A stretch of DNA of 64,000 bases, from IMG/VR virus record IMGVR_UViG_3300029908_000004, positions 1 through 64,000 of that record, one strand, 5' to 3'. Each line of letters opens with the position of its first letter. Within the stretch, counting starts at the first letter, position 1. Position numbers and translations under genes: made by a program. The notes beneath the pieces were generated by a model. The model had not been told where the DNA came from. It worked only from the letters and a program-made list of their open reading frames with translations, and ran no database searches. This document shows, in pieces, positions 1 through 7,509 of the stretch.

Positions 1-841
1 CGACGTGTTCGTATAATGGTAGTTTCAACTTAGCTAACTTGTCCCGCATAGCTTTTACTTTATCTGGGTATTTCTGTAGTCTATCTTGACCTACATCCAT
101 ACTCTCAGAGTCATCAAACCACCCCTCTAAAGCGGGGTCGAAAGCCGTCCATTCATGGCGAGCCCCAGCCCCAACCATACTTAATGTGGCTTTGGAAGAT
201 AACGAAGAGGTACCTATTACAACTAAGTCTCTTCCTTCACTACCCGTGGATAGAACCATGTATCTTTCACCGGGTTTGAACTTAACGTTCGTGCTACCGG
301 GTACTTTATATTCTTTATTACAACGTAGAACTGTACCCTCACAACATCTATCAAACAGAGGTGTGTCACCAGTTACCGGTGGCGGTGGGAAAGGTGTACT
401 TTCTATCTCTTGACGTCTAGCTTCTTTCTTAGCCCAGTTAGTTAGTGTGGGAGAAATATACACTTTTATCCCATAGCTTTCGAATATCTTTGCGTAGGGG
501 TGGTCCTTAAAATCATTCTTTAGATATAACCACAACTCCATATTTAGTTGGCTGTTGTCACAGCACCCAGAAACACCATAGAAAGCAGGATTACGCATTT
601 CCATAACGTGTTTACGCTCTTCTAACTCTCTCCATATATCAACAGCTTCGAGATCATTCGGCTGTATAACTAAATATCTTCCACCCTTATGGAACGTTAC
701 TGATGGGTGTTCTACAACTAATTTTGGAGCTGGTTTAGATGATTTTACTTTCTTCTTTGGTGGCTCCGGTGTTGGATCATTTACTACACTTACGGTCTCT
801 ACCAATCCTACGACTGGAACTTGGATCTTCGTTCTCCTCAA
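1..841 (-). CDS. Large phage protein, N-terminal part (runs off the window start); function unknown
   Basis: Manual translation: an open frame from TTG at 841 to position 1 with no stop (MRRTKIQVPVVGLVETV...KLAKLKLPLYEHV). Absent from the ORF track. Confidence 0.7.
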   Translation of the reverse strand, partial: MRRTKIQVPVVGLVETVSVVNDPTPEPPKKKVKSSKPAPKLVVEHPSVTFHKGGRYLVIQPNDLEAVDIWRELEERKHVMEMRNPAFYGVSGCCDNSQLNMELWLYLKNDFKDHPYAKIFESYGIKVYISPTLTNWAKKEARRQEIESTPFPPPPVTGDTPLFDRCCEGTVLRCNKEYKVPGSTNVKFKPGERYMVLSTGSEGRDLVVIGTSSLSSKATLSMVGAGARHEWTAFDPALEGWFDDSESMDVGQDRLQKYPDKVKAMRDKLAKLKLPLYEHV

Positions 842-846
842 CTTGA

Positions 847-978
847 CTATCCCCCTAAATTAGGGAAAAGCTGTATCTTAAATGGTAGCTTTCCCTTAGT
901 GGCTTGGTAATATAATAAAGCCACATCCATTATTACTGCAACCATTACTACTATAATGGTCACGAAAAACATTCGCAT
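847..978 (-). CDS. Small membrane protein (43 aa)
   Basis: Manual translation MRMFFVTIIVVMVAVIMDVALLYYQATKGKLPFKIQLFPNLGG; one hydrophobic helix. Confidence 0.5.
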   Translation of the reverse strand: MRMFFVTIIVVMVAVIMDVALLYYQATKGKLPFKIQLFPNLGG

Positions 979-987
979 TAACTTCCT

Positions 988-1281
988 TTACATCTTATCG
1001 GGCTTGAACACTATACGTTTCTTCCCTTTGAATTGTGTTACAATCTTTCCTAATCTCCACAATCTCCTTGATGTAGGAGCTTTACGGATGGAAAGAGTCC
1101 CGAGGTTAGGGATTATTATCTCTTCACCTCGGGATATTGCTGCCTGTAAGACAGAAAATACTATGGATACAATAGCCTTAGATTTCCTGATGGGCAAACC
1201 CATCGTTGATGATACTAGCTTTGCTAGTTCTTTCTTGGTTATAGTTCTAGGCTTTTGCCCAAATGTATTCAATTGCCACAT
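988..1281 (-). CDS. HU/IHF-like DNA-binding protein
   Basis: TKKELAKLVS...SKAIVSIVFSVLQAAISRGEEIIIPNLGTLSIRK...KRIVFKP matches the HU/IHF pattern. Confidence 0.8.
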   Translation of the reverse strand: MWQLNTFGQKPRTITKKELAKLVSSTMGLPIRKSKAIVSIVFSVLQAAISRGEEIIIPNLGTLSIRKAPTSRRLWRLGKIVTQFKGKKRIVFKPDKM

Positions 1282-2236
1282 CTACTTTATTCACAATGTC
1301 TGGAATGATATCATCGTAGGACTTTTGCATGTGTCTGCATAGTATCTCTTCGATGGGGCCTTTTACAAAGCCTCTACCATCCTTTATTCTAGCTTCTATC
1401 TCTTTATGTGTTAATATACTACCAGTCTCATCGTATCTTTCTGATAAGTCTTCTCTGGCAGACATAACTATTTCGTCATGGACGACAAATAGGATTCTAG
1501 CATCTTCAGGACCGTAGTTTTTCTCTATCAATTCGTTGTAAACGCCAGCCATTGCTGGTTTTAGCATGTCAACGTTTCCAGCTTGAATAGGTTGATTACC
1601 AGCCCATCTACGTATTTGTGCTAGTAAACCATCTGCGTCTCTATCTTCAGCGGAAGGTAAAGTATAATGTCTAATCCTACCACGAGGAGATGTAGAATAC
1701 CCATAACGTACAGCATTGTTACCTGTTTCTTCTAACCATCTCTTCAAGACATGGAATTTAGCAAAGAAAGCATTTATGAAGTCTTGCGCTGCCTCTGGTG
1801 TCATCCCAGTCATTGCTGCAATTCTAGCAGCACCGGCACCATAAGTAGTGCCAAAGGTTACAGTCTTAATGTTGTTACGGATAGTAGATAATTCTTGGTG
1901 CCTAGGATGTAACGGATCCTTACGAGCTATATTAATAGTGTCATAATCAAAATTTAGTGAGGCACCAAATACTTCTACTGAATTATAACAATGTATGTCT
2001 TTACCTGAGTTAATAGCGGCTATTAGAACTGGATCACGGCTTAGGTGAGCCATAAGCTTCACTTCTATCTGTGCATAATCAGCAGATAGAATCCTATGTC
2101 CTTCTTGTGCTCTAATAGCCTCTCTAATATCAGGAACTCTGGTATAGATATCTGGTGAAACTTTACCATTTTCTTCTATGCGCGCATAGTATTCTTTAAG
2201 GCCGATTTTACCTATTGGCTTATAATTATATTCCAA
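1247..2236 (-). CDS. polA: Family A DNA polymerase, C-terminal (palm/fingers) subunit
   Basis: Motif A ILSADYAQIEVKLMAHLS, motif B RNNIKTVTFGTTYG, motif C ILFVVHDEIV. Confidence 0.93.
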   Translation of the reverse strand: MEYNYKPIGKIGLKEYYARIEENGKVSPDIYTRVPDIREAIRAQEGHRILSADYAQIEVKLMAHLSRDPVLIAAINSGKDIHCYNSVEVFGASLNFDYDTINIARKDPLHPRHQELSTIRNNIKTVTFGTTYGAGAARIAAMTGMTPEAAQDFINAFFAKFHVLKRWLEETGNNAVRYGYSTSPRGRIRHYTLPSAEDRDADGLLAQIRRWAGNQPIQAGNVDMLKPAMAGVYNELIEKNYGPEDARILFVVHDEIVMSAREDLSERYDETGSILTHKEIEARIKDGRGFVKGPIEEILCRHMQKSYDDIIPDIVNKVDVAIEYIWAKA

Positions 2237-2819
2237 TTGCTCCTTCTATTACTAGTTTTACTTTATCTAATGTGTCCTCTATCATTTTTCTGTATTCTAC
2301 AACAGATTTAGTATGCCCAAAACGAGAACATAATTTCATCCATATGGCTACACGAAGTACATCGTCTGGGGACCCGTTACTTTTTATTGTATTAGCTTTA
2401 TGAGATATAACCCAAGAGTTATTTTGTGTGTACCCCTCAATCGGAATGAATTTATCTATCGTTGCCGATTCCGGTACAGGTTTTTCTGTACCAATCATAA
2501 AGCTTGTTCCAAATACGGGGCATGTCTGATTTAGATACTCGTTAACAAAGTCCAATGTTATATCTATTGGAACGTTCTCCAGTCCTGAACGACGTTTAGC
2601 ATTGTTTAGTAAATATCTGGGTTGTTCAGCTTTCCTAGACTTTCTGTAATGTTCTTGTTTCTTAGCCCTCAATTCTATTGCGTTGTTGTGGTGGTGATCC
2701 CTACAGTTACAACGTCTAAGAGTTTGATGGTGTGTTAACTTCCCAGACCTATATTCCTGTAGTAAATCAGGATATTTTTCTAGTCTGGATAATAACTTGG
2801 CTTCTGATAATTTTTGCAT
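2226..2819 (-). mobile_element. Free-standing HNH-type homing endonuclease gene (HEG1)
   Basis: CPVFG...ATIDKFIPIEGYTQNNSWVISHKANTIK beta-beta-alpha motif; insertion flanked by a 7-nt direct repeat AGAGTTC (2134-2140 and 2861-2867, minus strand). Confidence 0.8.
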
Positions 2820-2837
2820 TGGTAATTCTCGTATACC

Positions 2838-3002
2838 TTACATAGTATAGGAGAATTGGTGAACTCTCCAAACAATTTTCTTGTATTGGGTGTTAACAAC
2901 CTCTAGGCCAGTGTCATCCTTGACCACTGGCCTTAAATCATAGTAATATTCTTTACCGTCTTTGATGCCGAGTGGTTGACGTTCGGCTACTATACTACCC
3001 AT
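2838..3002 (-). pseudogene. Displaced original 5' end of the polymerase C-subunit gene (54 aa)
   Basis: MGSIVAERQPLGIKDGKEYYY...KKIVWRV aligns with the current N-terminus MEYNYKPIGKIGLKEYY...PDIYTRV and breaks at the AGAGTTC repeat. Confidence 0.7.
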
Positions 3003-3004
3003 TA

Positions 3005-3454
3005 CTATTCTTCACCCTTTGCTCCATTTGGATCTTCTGTGTCATCCTCGTACAAATCACTAGAGTTAGTGTTATCGTCATTGTTCTCAGCGAGTTGACG
3101 ACCAAGGAGTTCTTGCTGTGCCCTCATGTTATTACGTAGTAACCTCTCAGTAAATCCTTCGAAAGTAATAACACCATTGTTATCTTTGTATGGGATCCAA
3201 ACACGATCACCAGCAATTTGTGTGAAATGAGTAGCTGCAGCCATAAGTAGTTGCAATTCAGCGATTTGTGCGTTGCCCCTACGAATCTGAGCCTGACTAA
3301 CTGCTTTACCAGCTTCACGTTCTGCTGTTACAGCATCAGTCTTTGCTGCTTCTAGATTTAGGAATAGCTGTTCGATTTCCTGTTGTGCCTCTGGTGATAG
3401 TTCATTAATTCTAATCTTTGTGGTTCGAAATGCTTTGCGGAATTGGTTTCCCAT
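3005..3454 (-). CDS. Hypothetical coiled-coil protein between the polymerase halves
   Basis: 149-aa ORF with SD (AGGAG), an alanine/glutamate-rich helix and an acidic tail. Confidence 0.75.
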   Translation of the reverse strand: MGNQFRKAFRTTKIRINELSPEAQQEIEQLFLNLEAAKTDAVTAEREAGKAVSQAQIRRGNAQIAELQLLMAAATHFTQIAGDRVWIPYKDNNGVITFEGFTERLLRNNMRAQQELLGRQLAENNDDNTNSSDLYEDDTEDPNGAKGEE

Positions 3455-3466
3455 AGCTATATTCTC

Positions 3467-3556
3467 CTATTGATACTTCATCCAAACATCTTTGAATTGC
3501 TTTTTAACAAATGCTAACTCTTTTGGATCTTTCACTACTGCGTAGCGCTCTTCCGG
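3467..3556 (-). pseudogene. Displaced original 3' end of the polymerase N-subunit gene
   Basis: PEERYAVVKDPKELAFVKKQFKDVWMKYQ* parallels the current end PTERFCEVKGEELSEIQQLFSEKIKQFTS*; it has no start codon. Confidence 0.7.
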
Positions 3557-3597
3557 ACTATCTGAGTTTCAATTTCGCTTGTTTTCGCTGGATCTAC

Positions 3598-3608
3598 TAT
3601 ACTATATA
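3598..3608 (+). promoter_or_regulatory. TATACTATATA promoter motif of HEG2
   Basis: Lies just upstream of SD AAGGAG and ATG 3626; the same motif precedes all six endonuclease genes. Confidence 0.6.
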
Positions 3609-3625
3609 ATAGCAAGGAGATCAAT

Positions 3626-4261
3626 ATGCGAGGTACTAAGTTAAAGTTAGTTAAAAATCAGGTATTTGGTTACCTAGAAATAATAGAGGAAGACGGATTC
3701 AAACTTCAACCTAGCAACTCTAAGAAGAACTTGAAGGGGATCCGCAAATACCTCTGGAAATGTAGATGTACAGCGCCTAGTATAAAAACCGGAATAGTTT
3801 GTAACAAAATAGTAACTATAGCCGGCTCTGATATGGTTTCTGGACGTGTTATAAGTTGTGGTTGTTGTAGGGGCCATTTCGGTATGGGTGGTTTAGGAAA
3901 AGAGTATTCAAAACGCCGTAACGGAATAGGTAATCCTGCTTTTAGGACTTTGTTACGTAGATATAAGGGTGGTGCTAAAGATCGTAGTATAAAATGGACA
4001 TTAACTGATGAAGAATTCCTGGGATTAACGAGTTCTCCTTGCTTTTATACAGGGAGGTTACCAAGTTCCGAATCCAGATCTGAGAAGTCCAATTTAGGAT
4101 TATATTTATACAATGGCATAGATAGACTAGATAGTTCTAAGGGATATACAAAGGATAATTGCGTACCTTGTTGTAAACAGGCAAACTTCGCTAAACATAC
4201 TCAATCTTTTGATGAATTCATTGAGATGTGTAATATGGTTTCAGACCGTTTTAGGAAGTAA
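3626..4261 (+). mobile_element. Antisense HNH homing endonuclease gene (HEG2)
   Basis: N-terminal WKCRC..C/SCGC element plus CFYTG...NGIDRLDSSKGYTKDNCVPCCKQANFAK; own SD and promoter. Confidence 0.88.
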
Positions 4262-5570
4262 ACTGTTTTATCTTTTCAGAGAAGAGTTGTTGTATCTCAC
4301 TTAGCTCTTCTCCCTTCACCTCACAAAACCTTTCCGTTGGGCGAGGCATTTGCTGGAAGTCACTAGAGTATCTACCTGTAGCGATTGTTCCCTTCTTAGA
4401 TAAACTACCGTCTCCAGAACCTAGTTGATTAAATTCTGGGTGTAACCGTCCAGTCTTTGTATTGACCCTCTTTAGTAGGTTTTCACCGTAAGTCGAAGTA
4501 ACTTTCATTACGTTAGAATACTCTGCTAATGCTTTAGCAATAGGGTGATCAATAGATTCCAATGTTTCTCTCTGGACATTTTCTATATCAAAGTCTAGAT
4601 TTCTCAACGCTGCCAATTTCTGAGCAGGGGAATTAAGATCAAATACATTCTTAACTTCTGGTATTAGGGATAATTCTACTTTACCTTTGCTTTTTAGTTC
4701 CTTGTCATAAGAATTGAGTATTTCTATTTCTAATTCTTTCTGCCTACTCTCCCAATAGGAGAGAGCTAGTTTAAGAGTGTCCCTATCTAAATTAACTCCA
4801 TTGAGTTCCATGGAAGCAGTCACAGGTAGTACGTTAAACTCATCTTGTGCTACTACTTCTAGTTTCCAATGTTTCAGTTGTTCTTTTTGTTCATTCATTA
4901 CTGGAAATAGTAGAATAATATCTCTGGCAGCGTAGTAAGCCATATCTTTGGATATCTTTTCTCCACGTTCTTTGAAGTGGATAAAGTCAGCTCTAACTTC
5001 CTTTGATATCATCCTATAAGGCTTATATCTACGTGCTAGATCTGCTAATCCTACCTTTATTCCATTCAAACCAGAAGTTAGTAGTTGTTCGGCTAGCATA
5101 GTATCATACATATTATTTATATGTATTTTATACTTAACAAATAAGTATTTGAAGTCATATACTAGGTTTTGACCTAGATGTAGAAGTGTTTTATTTTCTA
5201 GGACATCGGCGAGGTAAGGCACTAGTCCGGGTTGTATTAGAAATACTTTACTTTCATTACCTAATTGCAACAGTAATAATTTAGAACCTTCCCGCCAAGG
5301 ATCTAAACCAGATTTCTTATCTTCACCAGTAGTTTCTGTGTCTAACCCAATCGTACCCATTTCAATTAGGGTATCAACTATCCAAGACAGTTGTTTACAT
5401 TCTCTACCTTCATCAATAATTATCCATTGAGAACGAGGGACGGCTTCTGTCTCGAAGCCGTCCTCTAACCATTCTTTATAGCCAACAACATAATAGTTGA
5501 TTGGTATTTTCTCTTCTATTTGATGGCTTACTATCTCTATAGATTTGCCCCGTATTGGAGCTCTACTCAT
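4251..5570 (-). CDS. polA: Family A DNA polymerase, N-terminal subunit (3'-5' exonuclease plus thumb)
   Basis: ExoI GLDTETTG, ExoII GQNLVYDFKYL, ExoIII YAARD, and RLHPEFNQ...TGRYSS. Confidence 0.92.
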   Translation of the reverse strand: MSRAPIRGKSIEIVSHQIEEKIPINYYVVGYKEWLEDGFETEAVPRSQWIIIDEGRECKQLSWIVDTLIEMGTIGLDTETTGEDKKSGLDPWREGSKLLLLQLGNESKVFLIQPGLVPYLADVLENKTLLHLGQNLVYDFKYLFVKYKIHINNMYDTMLAEQLLTSGLNGIKVGLADLARRYKPYRMISKEVRADFIHFKERGEKISKDMAYYAARDIILLFPVMNEQKEQLKHWKLEVVAQDEFNVLPVTASMELNGVNLDRDTLKLALSYWESRQKELEIEILNSYDKELKSKGKVELSLIPEVKNVFDLNSPAQKLAALRNLDFDIENVQRETLESIDHPIAKALAEYSNVMKVTSTYGENLLKRVNTKTGRLHPEFNQLGSGDGSLSKKGTIATGRYSSDFQQMPRPTERFCEVKGEELSEIQQLFSEKIKQFTS

Positions 5571-5583
5571 TACTTAACCTCAT

Positions 5584-6159
5584 TCACTTTTCATTGAAAG
5601 GTCTATAAAATAGGGAGCTATACACAACCTGTGTTGCCATATCTCTCAATAACTCTAGATTACCTGATACCACACCAATAACTAAATCAAATGGGTACCC
5701 GTCTAATTGTGTTTCAGATGCGTGATTAGGATCTCTTGATGGGTCAATGAATTGTGTCCCATCTGGATTAAGTCTAATGATATCAATTACCAATCCACCT
5801 AATGATTTAATCCAGTTCGCTTCATTAATAAATCTTACATCCGTTATCACGGCGATTCCGGGTTCTTCTTGTAGTATTCTAGCGTTTACCTTACTTATCC
5901 AGCAATCTGGGTCTCTTGCTCTTTCTACTTCAGTACCTATGTACTGAAGCATCTTCGGATAATTATAGATTGGATCTGGTTTAGTATCCAATTCAATAAA
6001 TGGATATTTTATTACTAGACTCTCGTGGTTATCCCTACAAAAGATCTTCAATTCCTTCGCAAATGAATAAGTTCTTGCGTATGAATACTCTTCTAATATA
6101 GACTTGGCAAACGTGTCTTTACCTTGTCTAGCTTTGTGTCCTAGACCTATGATTAGCAT
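5584..6159 (-). CDS. Deoxynucleoside monophosphate kinase
   Basis: IIGLGHKARQGKDT P-loop, LQYIGTE, VITDVRFINEA, HASE. Confidence 0.9.
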   Translation of the reverse strand: MLIIGLGHKARQGKDTFAKSILEEYSYARTYSFAKELKIFCRDNHESLVIKYPFIELDTKPDPIYNYPKMLQYIGTEVERARDPDCWISKVNARILQEEPGIAVITDVRFINEANWIKSLGGLVIDIIRLNPDGTQFIDPSRDPNHASETQLDGYPFDLVIGVVSGNLELLRDMATQVVYSSLFYRPFNEK

Positions 6160-6647
6160 TATTTATGTTTGGTTTGGTTATCAAGAACCTTTTGTATATT
6201 TGCTGGTGAGTATGTGTCTGGCGGTTTAATAACCTTACCGTCTTCCCTCTTGTGGATAGTTCCATCTGACCAGACTTTACTCATATTAGAGCGGTTCACT
6301 TCTTCGAATACTTCTTGTCCTTCTACCCCAGCTGCACTGAAGGCTCCATAAGTAACAACTAATTGGTCTGCACAAGCGTCAACGTACTCAACAAAGTCGG
6401 GTTCGAAATTGTCTGTATCAATATAAACATCCTGTGAACCAATTCTTAGGACTTGCCCAGCTCTATCATTAATGAATAAATTACATCCACAAGCTTTTAC
6501 AAATTCCATTGCCTCTTCATATACTAATCTTGCTCTGAGACGCAATGTATCTTTATCAGGCAATTCTGGGCTACTCTTAACCTCTTGGCCAAAGAGTTCC
6601 ATCATCTTATTAACATCGCCTTGTGGATTATATGGTTTTTCTGACAT
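6159..6647 (-). CDS. MazG/PRA-PH-like NTP pyrophosphohydrolase
   Basis: LRARLVYEEAMEF...DACADQLVVTYG...EVNRSNMSK...REDGKVIKP. Confidence 0.85.
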   Translation of the reverse strand: MSEKPYNPQGDVNKMMELFGQEVKSSPELPDKDTLRLRARLVYEEAMEFVKACGCNLFINDRAGQVLRIGSQDVYIDTDNFEPDFVEYVDACADQLVVTYGAFSAAGVEGQEVFEEVNRSNMSKVWSDGTIHKREDGKVIKPPDTYSPANIQKVLDNQTKHK

Positions 6648-7068
6648 CCTTTAATTCCTCTTTCCAAGCTTCAGTTGCTATCCATCCTCTGGATATCCCA
6701 TCTACTGCTATGTAGGCTTCTATTACACTAGACAGCCTCTCTCCCAGTGGACGATCACTATCTTCTATTATACTAGCATGCTCATCTAATCTCAAACCAT
6801 ATTCACGAAGAATATTTTGTAGGACTGGCATTACAATACCCACTCCTAATTTTTCCAAAGACCTTACAACTCTTCCAGCATCTGTTAGATACAGTTTTTT
6901 CCCTTTAGGTTTTTGATATGCATAAACTATGATTTGTTCGTTGTCTTTTGTTTTAAAAGGTAGTTGTATTTGATAGGTAAGGACGAGATCTTTGACTTCA
7001 CTTATGATAATGTGCTTGGCGTTGTATAGTGGCAAAGCTTCTTTTAATATTTTTGCTTCACGTCTCAT
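6628..7068 (-). CDS. DUF1828-like protein
   Basis: QLPFKTKDNEQIIVY...YLTDAGRVV pattern. Confidence 0.55.
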   Translation of the reverse strand: MRREAKILKEALPLYNAKHIIISEVKDLVLTYQIQLPFKTKDNEQIIVYAYQKPKGKKLYLTDAGRVVRSLEKLGVGIVMPVLQNILREYGLRLDEHASIIEDSDRPLGERLSSVIEAYIAVDGISRGWIATEAWKEELKDVRKTI

Positions 7069-7114
7069 TAGTTTCTTTGCACCAGTTGGCTATAGTTTAT
7101 CTAAACAAATGGAA

Positions 7115-7138
7115 GCGCTAGGTATTTAATTCTAGCGC
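7115..7138 (-). terminator. Probable intrinsic terminator hairpin
   Basis: GCGCTAG/CTAGCGC stem followed by a T-rich tract on the minus strand. Confidence 0.45.
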
Positions 7139-7151
7139 CTCCCGTAATAGT

Positions 7152-7418
7152 TTACATACGTTTTGTTTCATTATCCCGCTCCAATGGCGGCTTCACACCT
7201 TCAATATCCAAACTTACAGTAGTGGATGTGTTTAGAGCTTCATACAGGTCTTCAGATAGTGAATCTGATATAACTAACCTAAGGGCTACTTCCATAAACC
7301 TTGGCGCTTTTTCTATCTTAATCAATTGGATACGAGCTGGTACCTTCATATCTTGAAATAGAAAACCACCATTGTTATAAACAGCGTTTACATTGACGTG
7401 TACTTTCCCATTTGCCAC
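7152..7418 (-). CDS. Hypothetical protein
   Basis: 88-aa ORF, GTG start with SD. Confidence 0.55.
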   Translation of the reverse strand: MANGKVHVNVNAVYNNGGFLFQDMKVPARIQLIKIEKAPRFMEVALRLVISDSLSEDLYEALNTSTTVSLDIEGVKPPLERDNETKRM

Positions 7419-7509
7419 GTGTCACCTCTGTATGCGTTTAAATTGAGGATTACTACTTTTCTACAGTCTTAATGTATTTGAGCATAGAACAATCACTCCT
7501 AAAAAATGA

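Noticed and set aside
135-141. GGGTCGA on the plus strand as another Y RNA
   Set aside because: It lies inside a minus-strand coding frame and lacks the N8-GRTTAYC and ATATCC elements.
2236-4251. Group I intron(s) or a split intein joining the polymerase halves
   Set aside because: No recognisable P7/R-S core, and the interval is filled with ORFs and duplicated coding fragments. The C-subunit leader lacks the His-Asn plus Cys/Ser/Thr intein junction, and the N-subunit tail does not begin with Cys or Ser.
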